From Octopus vulgaris (taxonomy: Eukaryota): 64,000 nt of DNA. Made by a program: the position numbers and the translations under genes. Numbering within the stretch: position 1 is the first letter of the stretch; every line of letters begins with the position of its first letter. Location of the stretch: contig OX597814.1 in NCBI GenBank assembly GCA_951406725.2, forward strand, positions 5,208,001 through 5,272,000. Direction: 5' to 3'. Below the pieces are notes generated by a model that did not search any database, had not been told where the DNA came from, and saw nothing but the letters and a program-made list of their open reading frames with translations. Positions 49,398 to 61,530 of the stretch are shown here, one piece after another.

Positions 49398-50027
49398 ACA
49401 GTTCTATATTCAAGAGACGAGGAATTGTGTACTTTATTTGCATTATTTACATTTGACGGATATTTGTCCACATCGTGTTTGTTGTTAACATGTTTCGGCT
49501 GATATACCCTCCCCCCTTCATCAGGTGTCTTGGGGAAATTTCGAACCTGGCTTCTCATTCCTAAGGTATTTTTTCCGATATTATTATTATTATCATCATT
49601 ATTATTATTCAGGTCACTGCCTGGAATCGAACCTGGAATCTTGGGGTTAGTAGCCTGTGCTCTTAACCACTACGCCAAGACACCTGATGAAGGCTTGGAG
49701 GGTATATCAGCCGAAACATGTTACAACAAACAAGATGAGGACAAATATCCGTCAAATGTAAATAATGTACATAATTCCTCATCTCTTAAATATAGAACTG
49801 TATCATTTAATCGGTATGGAGCCGACATTAGACTTCAATGGAGACATATAAGAGAAACTCCATCAAAAACTCGCTCGCCTTTCAAACCATCTAACTTTCC
49901 TGTGTAGATGTAGGCAGGTTCGAAATTTCGCCCAAGACACCTGATGAAGGCTGGAGGGTACATCAGCCGAAATGTTGTGTTAACAACAAACAAGGGGAGG
50001 ACAAATATCCGTCAATTGTAAACAATG
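49398..50027. mobile_element. Three hammerhead-element copies: 49398-49677 (-, with tRNA head), 49675-49801 (+), 49915-50027 (+)
   Basis: CTGATGA...GAAA core in each. Copy 49937-49980 has perfect ACAC/GTGT stem I and GGCTG/CAGCC stem II. Confidence 0.75.
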
Positions 50028-50186
50028 GAAATAACACAAAGCTGGTAAGTTGCTTCCTGCAGTCCATAAAGTGAAACTACTGAAATTAGGCTGTTGCTTC
50101 TTTCTTTTCTGGAAACTTGCCATGTACTGGCAGCTGATGGCTTGCAGATCAGTGATGGCCTGTGGACCACTACTTTGAGTAGTGCT

Positions 50187-51080
50187 GTGGAGGCGCAATG
50201 GCCCAGTGGTTAGGGCAGCGGACTCGCAGTCATAGGATCGCGGTTTCGATTCCCAGACCGGGCGTTGTGAGTGTTTATTGAGCGAAAACACCTAAAGCTC
50301 CACGAGGCTCCGGCAGGGGATGGTGGTGATCCCTGCTGTACTCTTTCACCACAACTTTCTCTCACTCTTACTTCGATTCCCAGACCGGGCGTTGTGAGTG
50401 TTTATTGAGCGAAAACACCTAAAAGCTCCACGAGTATCCGGCAGGGGATGGTGGTGACCCCTGCTGTACTCTTTCACCACAACTTTCTCTCACTCTTACT
50501 TCGATTCCCAGACCGGGCGTTGTGAGTGTTTATTGAGCGAAAACACCTAAAAGCTCCACGAGGCTCCGGCAGGGGATGGTGGTGATCCCTGCTGTACTCT
50601 TTCACCACAACTTTCTCTCACTCTTACTTCGATTCCCAGACCGGCGTTGTGAGTGTTTATTGAGCGAAAACACCTAAAAGCTCCACGAGTATCCGGCAGG
50701 GGATGGTGGTGACCCCTGCTGTACTCTTTCACCACAACTTTCTCTCACTCTTACTTCGATTCCCAGACAGGGCGTTGTGAGTGTTTATTGAGCGAAAACA
50801 CCTAAAGCTCCACGAGGCTCCGGCAGGGGATGGTGGTGATCCCTGCTGTACTCTTTCACCACAACTTTCTCTCACTCTTACTTCCTGTTTCTGTTGTACC
50901 TGTATTTCAAAGGGCCGGCCTTGTCACTCTCTGTGTCACGCTGAATATCCCCGAGAACTACGTTAAGGGTACACGTGTCTGTGGAGTGCTCAGCCACTTG
51001 CACGTTAATTTCATGAGCAGGCTGTTCTGTTGATCGGATCAACCGGAACCCTCATCGTCGTAACTGACGGAGTGCTTCCA
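50187..51080 (+). mobile_element. tRNA-headed SINE with five internal tandem copies of an about 127-bp unit
   Basis: Same family as 19648-20031. TSD ACTTTGAGTAG on both sides. Units start near 50245, 50372, 50500, 50628, 50755. Confidence 0.9.
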
Positions 51081-51249
51081 CTTTGAGTAGCACTGCCCTA
51101 TGGGACCGTGAAGTGATTTTAGGGGGTCCACAAAAGGACACTGGAGTATCATGAAAACAGGGTAGCTCGAGACAGTTAAGTTTTAAAATTTCAAGACTTT
51201 CAATTTTTCGCATGCTACCAAAGTCTTAATAAGTAGGAAGGCAGGCAAA

Positions 51250-51625
51250 CCACAAATCCCTTCAGGTAGATGGCCCTGCTCGATCTGTAGTAGAGGTGTA
51301 GGTAGAAACTCTATAAGATGTGCCAGTGTAAGCTATGGACCCATAAGAGGTGCAGCAATGTCAAAGGAAGGCTAACTGGGAAGATAGTTTTTGTATGTGG
51401 CAGATGCTCAGGAGTAATAAACAATGAAAATGAACAGGAAACAGCTTCTGTCACATTCCAGGGAGAAAAACTAGAAGTAGTTGATAGCTTCTGTTACCTA
51501 GGCGACCAAGTTAGTAGCAGGGTCGGATGCTCTGAGAGTGTAGCTGCTAGAAAAAGAATAGCCTGGGCAAAGTCCAGAGAGCTCCTACCTCTGCTGGTGA
51601 CAAAGGGCCTCTTGCTCAGAGTAAA
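51250..51625 (+). mobile_element. RTE-like LINE fragment; related pieces at about 7010-7330, 42340-42650, 43370-43690
   Basis: CKLWTHKRC..CGRC Cys/His cluster, then LEVVDSFCYLG and AAR.RIAWAK..ELLPLL. Confidence 0.75.
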
Positions 51626-52641
51626 AAGCCATGTGCTATTGGTATCTCATTTCTCATTTGTTTTGTAACTAATTCATCAACTGATTCCGCATATTTTCAT
51701 GTGCTTTTATTGTCTCCTAATAAGGCATTGCCTGGATTAAGATGTGGTTTTTGGGGTTGCAGGTCTATGGGCAGGGTGTTTAATAGTCTGAAAATTATGG
51801 TGCATGAATGTATGTCATTGTTTTCCGTGTTGATTATCCTGCATTTTGTTGGCATGCTGGACGAAATGCTTGGCGGTATTTTGCCCATCGCTGCGTTCAA
51901 GTTCCGCCGAGGTCGACTTTGCTTTTCATCCTTTTGGGGTGATAAACTAAATACCAGTAAAATTCTGGGGTCGTTGTAATCGACTCGTCCCTACCCTAAA
52001 AAACTTCAGGCCTTGTGCCTACAATAGAAAGGATTATCCTGCATTTTATAGGGGACTACAAATCATAGGAAGAAACTGTAAGGGGACTGGCACGTAAAAG
52101 GTTTTGAAAAGCTTGAGAACCACTGACCTAGGGTGTGGCACTCAAGATTGTATGATTGTGGTTTCAATTCCTGGACTGGGCAGTGTATTGTGTTCTTAAA
52201 ACACTTCATTTCATGTACCCCCAATCCACCCAGGTGTAAATGAGTAACAACCCTGCAACAGATTGGTTCCCCATTCAAGGGGAATGTTGTGGGTCTCAGT
52301 TGTGTGTATGCTGCATATGTCACATGACAAAAACCTTTAATGAAGCAAAAAGACATCATCATCATCATCTAATGTCTGTCGTCCATGCTGACATGGGTTG
52401 GACAGTTTGACCAGGGCTGGCATGCTGGAAGGCTGCACCAGACTCCAGTCTGATTCGGCAGGGTTTTCTACGGCAGGATGCCTATGCTGGTGCCAGTTTT
52501 TGTCGTTTATAGCTCCAAGAAGACATCTCTTGATGATAATTCTCGCTGACTCAGGGACCATTTTGGGAATAGAAAGGAAATGGTGTGCAAGTTTGAAACA
52601 CCTCAGTTTCCACTCAACAGAACTTTGAAAGTGGAACTTAC

Positions 52642-52763
52642 TTTGTTGTTCTTGTCGTCAGTTGTAAGACTGATGTCCGTATCATCTCCCCAACAGTCAG
52701 AACCGGTGTCCTTTGTTTGACTGTAATGGCTTGAAAGAGTTCCCGTTTCCTCAGCAGAATCAT
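52642..52763 (-). CDS. Exon D: DDSAEETGTLSSHYSQTKDTGSDCWGDDTDISLTTDDKNNK
   Basis: Acceptor tttccag, donor GTAAGT. 122 nt, phase 1 to 0. Confidence 0.85.
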
Positions 52764-52801
52764 CTGGAAAGATGAAAAGATCCAAAATTAAACACTTTAC
52801 T

Positions 52802-53126
52802 ACAGTTCTATATTTAAGAGACGACGAATTATTTACATTATTTACATTTGACAGATATTTACATTTGTCCTCATCTTGTTTGTTGCTAACACAACATTTC
52901 AGCTGATATACCCTCCAGCCTTCATCAGGTGTCTTGGGGAAATTTCGAACCTGGGTTCTGAGTTTGATTCCAAACAGTGACCTGAACAACAACAACAACA
53001 ACATCGAAAAATACCTTAGGAATGAGAACCCAGATTCGAAATTTCCCCAAAACACCTGAAGGGTATATTAGCCGAAATTTGTTAACAACAAACAAGATGA
53101 GGACAAATATCCATCAATTGTAAATA
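52802..53126. mobile_element. Inverted pair of hammerhead-element copies, 52802-52959 (-) and 52960-53126 (+)
   Basis: Same family sequence on both strands with a direct junction. The plus copy has a deletion in the core. Confidence 0.75.
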
Positions 53127-53159
53127 ACAAACACTTCTCTACCAGAAAAAAAGGAGGGA

Positions 53160-53254
<95 letters not shown>

Positions 53255-54426
53255 TATAGACAAAGCAAGGAGTAATAGAAGAGTCGTTTTCTGAGAGAAT
53301 AGGAAAGACAGACATCATCACTGTCATCGTCATCATCGTTTAACACCCGTTTCCCCTGCTGGCATGAGTTGGACGGTTTAACAGAGCTGGCAAGCCTGGA
53401 GAGCCACACCAGGTTCTAAAGTCTATTTTGGCATGGTTTCCACATCTGGAGAGCCTTCTTAATGCCAACCACTTTACAGACTGTGCAGGCTGCTCTTTTA
53501 TGTGGCACCCCTGTGTCAATCTGTATGTCTGAGCTGAAGTTCTATTTTCTGGACAACTAACAGTAAAACACAACTATATCTATCTTTTATCTTATTCCAA
53601 GGTAATATCTCTATTAATTGAAACACCTGAGTCTGTCAGGACACCCACCCCTGACCCTCTATACTGCTAATCTCTCAACTGGCACAAAGCCAACCCTACC
53701 CCATCATTATTACTCTCACCTCCCGGCCGAGGGGACTTTGTCTTGCAAGTTATTTGGTGACCCTGTCGGTGCTGGTGCCATGTAAAAGACACTGGTGAAA
53801 GGAGGGGAGGGTGTATGGGATGTATAATTAGAAATGAAACTTCTTTCCAAAACCCAGTAAGACGATGATGACTGAAAAAGTAATGAAATTCCTCCTGACA
53901 CCATGCCAGGCTCATAAGGGCCACTTTCCCGGGTTCCATGGCATATATATTCCCCCACCTGGACAGGACGTCGGTCTGCTGCAGAGTTACTCATTTTCGC
54001 CAGCTGAGAGCAGACTGGAGCAATGTGAAATGAAGTGTCTTGCTCAAGGGCACAATGCATTGCCCAGCTCAGGGACTGAAACTACAATCTTACGATCATC
54101 AGTCCAACACCCTAACCTATTTCTTTATTACCCACAAGGGGCTAAACATAGAGGGAACAAACATGGACAGACATAGGTATAAAGTCGATTATATCGACCC
54201 CAGTGCATAACTGGTACTTAATTTATCGACCCCAAAAGGATGAAAGGCAAAGTCGACCTTGGCGGAATTTGAACTCACAACGTAACGGCAGCCAAAATAC
54301 CGCAAAGCATTTCGCCCGACGTGCTAACAATTCTGCCAGCTCGCCGCCTTTTATTCAGTCCAACACCCTAACCACTAAGCAACGCACTCCCACAATTAAA
54401 ATAGCTGTGAATCAAATGTTACTCAC

Positions 54427-54660
54427 CCATATTTTCTGACTGTTTTGGGATGGGAACAGGTTGATGGGCAGGACTCATGCTGACTCGTCTTTTTGCTAAT
54501 CCATGGCTCGACTGTTTCAGCCTGCTACTAGCGGCAGGACTCTCATCCAAATCAATGGAGTCTTCTGAAAACTGTAACTTCTGTGATTTCTGATAACTTT
54601 CAAGTAACTGAACACAAGCATTGTAGCCTTTTAGAAGTGCATGATCACTGGCTGTCCAAC
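54427..54660 (-). CDS. Exon C: GWTASDHALLKGYNACVQLLESYQKSQK...KQSENM, last ankyrin half-repeat plus linker
   Basis: Acceptor tgttttag, donor GTGAGT. 234 nt open, phase 1 to 1. GxTA..A....C.QLL pattern typical of the ANKRD26/POTE terminal repeat. Absent from the ORF track. Confidence 0.9.
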
Positions 54661-57249
54661 CTAAAACAGAGAATGGCTTATATACAAATACATAAGTGAA
54701 TACAAAGAAATCTAGGAGCAGCCATATACATCATCATCATCGTCATTTAACATCCGTTTTCCATGCTGGCATGGGTTGAACGGTTTGACTGAGGACCGGC
54801 GACCCAGATGGCTGCACCAGGCTCCAATCTGATCTGTTAATGTTTCTACAGTTGGATGCCCTTCCTAACGCCATCCACTCCAAGAGTGTAGTGGGTCCTT
54901 TTTACATGCCACTGGCACGGGAGCCAGTCAGGTGGCACTGGCATCAACCACGTTCAAACGGTGCCTTTTTTTATGTGCCACCAGCATTGATGCCAGTCAG
55001 GCGGCACTGGCATCCACTCTGACTACGATTTTGCTTGACTCAACAGATCTCAAGCACAGCATGTCTCCAAAGATCCGTCACTTGTCATTGCCTTTATGAA
55101 GCCCAACAGTCAAAGGTTGTGCTTCCCCAACCCATCTCCCACAGGTTCCTTCCACAGCTGTCCTCATCCGTATGCAATACATGCCCATACCAGCAAAGTC
55201 ATCTCTCTTACACACACACACACACAGTTAATATCATTTGTTCCTACATATGTTTCACCATTGTGGATGGAATTTCTGCACTGGATATTCCAAATGCACC
55301 TGGATGCTTAGCCATGACTGTCACGAAAATTAAATTCAAACACTTGAATGTCAGGCCCCAAGGGGCAAAGTGACTGAGTTCCTTTCAAGCAATGGGCCTC
55401 ATGGAGGCAAAGTGGCCAAGCTCCTGGTCTGCATGGAGGCAAAGTGGGTGAGTTCCTTTTGAATGGGCCTCACGAAGGTGAGGTGGCTGAGTTCCTTTCA
55501 AGCATTGGGCCTCATGGAGGCAAAGTGGCCGAGTTCCTTTCAAGGGTTGGGCCTCACGGAGACAATGGCTGAGACCTTTGGCATTATGTCATGCTTGAGA
55601 AGATCCATCAAGCTGAGCAAAATTGCAGTCATGGCAGATACCAGTGTCATGCAAATTGCACCTATGCCGGTGACACGTAAAACCACCCATAGAAAACCAT
55701 GCCAAATCAGACTGGATCCTGGTGCAACCTTCCAGCTTGCCAGCCCAGTCAAACCATCCAACTCATGCCAGCATGGACAACAGATGTAAAATGATGACGA
55801 CGACCTGAATTTCAGTTTATATGTTATTTCACAAACGCACAAACCCTAAAACTACTTTTATTTTGACAAATAATATAACTTTTTTTGAAATGTAAATTTT
55901 TCTAAAAAAAAAAAAAAAAAGTATTTTTTTTTTTTTGTACTTGTTTCAGTCATTTGACTGCGGCCATGCTGGAGCACCGCCTTTAGAGTGGTGAAAGAGT
56001 AAAGCAGGGATCACCACCTCCTGCCGGAGCCTCGTGGAGCTTTTAGGTGTTTTTCGCTCAATAAACACACACAACGCCTGGTCTGGGAATCGAAACCGCG
56101 ATCCTCCGACCGCAAGTCCGCTGCCCTAACCACTAGGCCATTATGTATTTATTTGTATGTTTTATTTCATATTTAATACTTGGGGTCGTGAAAAATCTCA
56201 CAATGAAAAAAGTTTAAGAAGCGCTGCCTTATATATCAAAGTTGGCCTGAGGCTAAACACCAACAGCAATTAATTTGACTACAGATGAGAATACTCTGAG
56301 TACAAGAGTCCATCTCAGAAATCTTTGCCCACCAGCTCTGTTCACATACTCTTCAGTTAAGTCTGCAGGTCTGATCAGTATCCTTTGTATTTTATTTACT
56401 CCCTATTTCCGTTTAGCCATAACAAGTCATCATTATCATTTAACATCCATTTTCCATGCTGGCATGGGTTGGATAGTTTAACAGGAGTTGGCTAGGCTCC
56501 ATTTGTCTGTTTTGGCATGGCTTCTACAGATGGATGCCCTTCCTAACACTAACCACTTTACAGAGTGTACCAGGTGCTTTTACATGGCACCGGCATAGGT
56601 GATTGCACTGGTAGCATGCAGAAAACACTGGTGCTAATGCAATGTAAAAAGCACCCAGTACAATCTAGAAAATGGTTGTCGTTGGGAGGGGCAACCAGCT
56701 GCAGAAACCATGCCAAAACAGACAAGTGGGGCCCTTCTTTGGTGACAATATTTCAATGGTTCAATAGCTGTTGTTATTGATTCACCTCACATGAGCAGTG
56801 AAAGCACCATCCATTCGTGGCCGTTGCCAGAGCCACTCAGACTGGCCTCGTGCCGGTGGCACAAGCACCATCCATTCGTGGCCGTTGCCAGCCTCACCTG
56901 GCCCCCGTGCCGGTGGCAAGTAAAAAGCACCATCCGTTCGTGGCCATTGCCAGCCTCGCCTGGCCCCCATGCCGGTGGCACATAAAAAGCACCATCCGAT
57001 CGTGGCCGTTTGCCAGACTCGTCTGGCACCAGTGCTGGTGGCACATAAAAAGCACCCACTACACTCACGGAGTGGTTGGCGTTAGGAAGGTCATCCAGCT
57101 GTAGAAACACTGCCAGATCTGACTGGCCTGGTGCAGCCTTCGGGCTTCCCAGACCCCAGTTGAACCGTCCAACCCATGCTAGCATGGAAAGCGGACGTTA
57201 AACGATGATGATGATGAGAAGGAAGAGGAGCAACAAGCTGTACAGACCA

Positions 57250-58476
57250 GTCCAGTCCAAGTGATGTGTCCAGCTGTACCTTGGAGAATGGCCAGCGACA
57301 CTTGCTGCAACAGCCAGTCCACCTCACAGGAGTCATTTCTCAAACAGACCACTGTCATCCTGATTTTACAGAAGAAATCAGCAGAACAGCATCTGAGAAC
57401 ATCAGAGACTTTGGTGGTGACCAGAATGAATAGGTAGAAGGTGGCAGGAGCTGGCAGAAACGTTAGCACGCCGGGCGAAATGCTTAGCAGTATTTCGTCT
57501 GCCACTACATTCTGAGTTCAAATTCCGGCGAGGTCGACTTTGCCTTTCATCCTTTCGGGGTCGATAAATTAAGTACCAGTTACACACTGGGGTCGATGTA
57601 ATCGACTTAATCCGTTTGTCTGTGCTTGTTTGTCCTCTGTGTTTAGCCCCTTGTGGGCAATAAAGAAATAGGTATGAAGAGGTAGTAGTTAGTCAGACTC
57701 CAGTATTTGGTTATCTTCCTCTTCTCCACAATACCAGGGTTTGTGGCCAAAGCAAGCAAGATTGGAGAGGGAGACCGGTGGCCTCAGGATCCATTCCTGC
57801 TTCAGATGTGGTACTGCTGGCTTATCTTCCCTCAATCTCAGGCCCCACAGGCGCAAAGTGACTGAGTTCCTTTCAAGCAATGGGCCTCAGATTTACCTCC
57901 CTTGTATTTACCTCCAAGATTTACCTCCCTTGTATCAGAAAAGGGTGATTCCATCAGTGTTGATAATTTTTACAGCCAAGGCCTGTTGGTGACAGGAAGT
58001 CAGCCACATGGAGGCCCCTTCTGACAATACCTTTCAGAGAAGTGTCAGGTGAACCAGTCCACACTATGGCTGCTGGCTGAATTCCTCAACTACAGCTGCA
58101 CAATGGCTCGCATATGTGTTGGCCACTCTGCTAAGAGTGCACTCAACATCAAGAAGGACAACAAATCGAGTCAGACACTGCTGTTAAGGCTGCCAAGGAG
58201 AATGGAGACAAGCAAGTCTCAATCTGTCAGAAGAAGTAGATTTCCATTTGATAGCATCCCAATTATGTCAGGCATTTGCATCCGGAGAGATGGTGAGGCC
58301 TTCAACAGTCCAATCAGCCTGAGCTGACTCCAGTTTCTGGACCACATCAGCTTCGGCTATCCTGTGGAGTACCTTGCTGAAGAGAGTGTTGCTGGAGGAG
58401 ATTGAGGGCAGATAAGCCAGCAGTACCACATCTGAAGCTGGAATGGATGCTGAGGCCACCGAATTTCAGATAAAGT
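57250..58476 (-). mobile_element. Degraded CRE/NeSL-like (restriction-like endonuclease) non-LTR retrotransposon, interrupted by a SINE and a solo LTR
   Basis: Remnant peptides LKFGGLSI, ASDVVLLAYLPSISSS and WLLQQVSLAILQGTA resemble GGLG and QRLSxAIQRGNA motifs. Confidence 0.55.
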
Positions 58477-58899
58477 TGTAGTGATGCTACTGTGTAGGGT
58501 TCAGCGCGCATGCGCAGAATGGGACTACTTCCGGGTGGCCACCGGAAGTCTTCCCCATGCGCATGCGCGGGAAACTGACCCCCTAAGGCCCAGTCAACTC
58601 GATCACTCTCTCTGGCCATTTCAGCCCTCGTGAACAGACGTGCATTTGGTAGTCTCTGATAACTATACCGACTTAGCCGCGGACGACATCGAATCCCTTC
58701 AACCAACCAACAAGAAGCAGTACAACAGATTCGGCTGTCGTTTTCCCTTCAGAAATACGTACACCATCACGAGTAATAAACAACAATTTGCTGTCTTTCC
58801 CAGATAACCTGACTTCGTCTGTTATATTTAACTAAAATTGAATGTGACAGGATCGGATCGGACACCCCTCCAGTGATGCCGATTCCAGATCCTGTTACA
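58477..58899 (+). mobile_element. Solo LTR, 423 bp
   Basis: TGTAG...TTACA termini, 4-bp TSD AAGT (58473-58476, 58900-58903), AATAAA at about 58775. Confidence 0.75.
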
Positions 58900-59099
58900 A
58901 AGTCTTGTTTTCATCTTCATTTAACGTCCGTTTTTTTCAAGTTGGTATGGGTTGGACAGTTTGACTGAAAAACTGGTGGGTAGGGGAACTCCACCAGGTT
59001 TCAAGTCTGGTTTGGCATGGTTTCTACAGCTGATGCCCTTCCTTACACCAACTACTCCGAGAGTGGTCACGCGGTCGGTGCTTTTTGTGTGCCACTGAC

Positions 59100-59361
59100 G
59101 TGACACCAGCATTAGCCACATACTCAAGTGATGTTTTTTACATGTCACTGCCACAGGTGACCCTGATGTGAAACCAGCACTGGCCACATACTTGAACTGT
59201 TTTTTTATTACAAGCCACCAGTGTGGGTGGGTGACACCAGCATTAGCCACACACTCAAGTGATGTTTTTTACATGTCACTGCCACAGGTGACCCTGATGT
59301 GAAACCAGCACTGGCCACATACTTGAACTGTTTTTTTATTACAAGCCACCAGTGTGGGTGG
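59100..59361. repeat. 131-bp tandem duplication
   Basis: GTGACACCAGCATTAGCC...CAGTGTGGGTGG occurs twice. Confidence 0.9.
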
Positions 59362-59976
59362 GGTGCCAGTCAACCAACACTGGCATCAACCACAGCTACA
59401 ATCACCCTTGGCTTGACAGGCCTTCTCAAGCACTGCACAACACCTGACATCTGGGGCATGGTTTTACATTACATGCCAGTTACACAACACTGGCATCGGC
59501 AAAAATTTTATGAAGGCCATGAATAGTGCTCCTGAGAGGGATTGAACCTTGCTCAGGATGTATAATATTATCATCATCGTTTAACGTCCACTTTCTATGC
59601 TAGCATAGGTTGGACGATTTGACAGAGGGCTGGCAAACCAGATGGCTGCACCAAGCTCCAATCTTGATTTGGCAAAGTTTCAACAGCTGGATGACCTTCC
59701 TAGCGCCAACCACTCCGAGAGTGTAGTGGGTGCTTTTACGTACCACCAGCACGAGGGCCAGTCAGGCGGTACTGGCAATGACCTTGCTCGCATCTTTTTA
59801 CACATAACACCGGCACAGGTGCCAGTAAGGCGACGTTGGTAATGATCATGCTCAAATGGTGCCTTTCATGTGCCACCGGCACAGAGGCCAGATAGCTGCT
59901 TGCAATTACCCACAAGACCATGAAGACAAGAATTAAGACATTTGGTAATTATAGAATTGAAACAAAGAAAATTTAC

Positions 59977-60071
59977 CATTTGCATCTTTAACATGGACGG
60001 CTGCTTGAAACCTCAACAGAAGGGAGACCATATTATCATTTCCCACTTGACAAGCTAACATCAAAGCTGTT
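59977..60071 (-). CDS. Exon B: (K)TALMLACQVGNDNMVSLLLRFQAAVHVKDAN(G), one ankyrin repeat
   Basis: TALxxA ankyrin consensus. Acceptor ttattatag, donor GTAAAT. 95 nt, phase 2 to 1. Confidence 0.9.
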
Positions 60072-61089
60072 CTATAATAAACAGAATAAGATAAATTAAT
60101 AGCAATAGAAGCAGAATTAATACCAAAATGTAATATTCGTATCCAACTAAATGTGGATGTTGTTTTAGAACACTGAACCCTGCAAAAGTTTCCATGAGAG
60201 AACCTCTGATATGTGCTCAATCACCATCATCATCGTTTAATGTCCACTTTCCATACGGGCATGGGTTAGACAGTTTGACTGAAAACTGGTAAGCCGGGGA
60301 GCTGCACTGGGTTCCAATCTGATTTGGCAAGGTCTCTACGGCTGGATGCCCTTCCTAATGCCAACCACTCCAAGAGCGTAGTGAGTGCTTTTTACCTGAC
60401 ATTGACCTGATACTCAAATTGGCCACAACTACAGTCTCACTTGGCTTGACAGATCAACACAAGCATGGTCTATCGCCAAAGGTCTTGGTCACCTGTCACT
60501 GCCTCCATGAGGTAAAAATACTCGAATGGTGCTTTTTATGTGCCACCAGCATGGGTGCCAGTCAGACGGCACTGGCACCAACCACAACTACAATTTCACT
60601 TAGTTCAACAGGTCTTAAATGGGATATGAATCATCACCATCACTGGTGATGGTGATGGTTTATATCCTGTTAGTGATGTGAACCAGAGTGCTTATATGCA
60701 CCAAAAGAGCACAGGAGAGGTTCTCTCGTGGGAAATATCACAGTATTCTGTGTTCTCACACAACATCCTCTTTTAAGTGGGGACAAATAAAAGAAATTAG
60801 TTCAATGATAATAATAATGGTTTCAAATGGGGTGGGGGTGAGTCAATCATATCGACCCCAGTGTATAACTAGTACTTAATTTATCAACCCCGAAAGGATG
60901 AAAGGCAAAGTCAACTATGACAGAATTTGAACTCAGAACATAGTCACAGGCAAAATATTGCTAAGCATTTCATCCTGCATGCTAACAATAATAATAATAA
61001 TAATGAAATTATTGTATACAGTAATGGCGGTGCCCCAGCATGGCCACAGCTCGTGAGCTGAAACTAGATAAAATAAAAAGTGCTCAGGT

Positions 61090-61530
61090 GCACGTGTCAC
61101 AAGAGCGTATAAAGCATCTGCAGTAATGTACAAATGTCTGGGAAGTGAACAGAGACATGCTTGCGTGTGTATGGAGGGGAGAAAATCAGGTGTAGTGTTG
61201 GCGAATCTCAGGAAGCATGGAAGTTTTGAAGGATGCAGTGCTCCGACAACTAACAACTGATGCCGGCAGTTTGTTCCATACTTCAGCAACTCTCAGCGTG
61301 AAAAAATGTTTCCTAAAGTCATGGGAGCTGTGCTGTTTTCTGACTTTGTAAACATGTCCACGGGTGTTAGACGGGTGGAGTTTGAAAAGGTGCTCAGAGT
61401 TATTGTTTGTACGATGGTTAATAATTTTATGGGTGTCTGCCAAGTCAGCTGCCAGACGTCGGAGTTTCAATGTATCCATGCCCAGGGAAGCAAGGTGTTC
61501 AGAATATGGCAAATGCCTGATGGAGGGTAA
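61090..61530 (-). mobile_element. Second 5'-truncated CR1-clade LINE end, different family
   Basis: PYSEHL..L..LKLRRL..DL, TRGH.YK and FFTLRV..VWNKLP in ORF 61186-61512. Confidence 0.88.
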
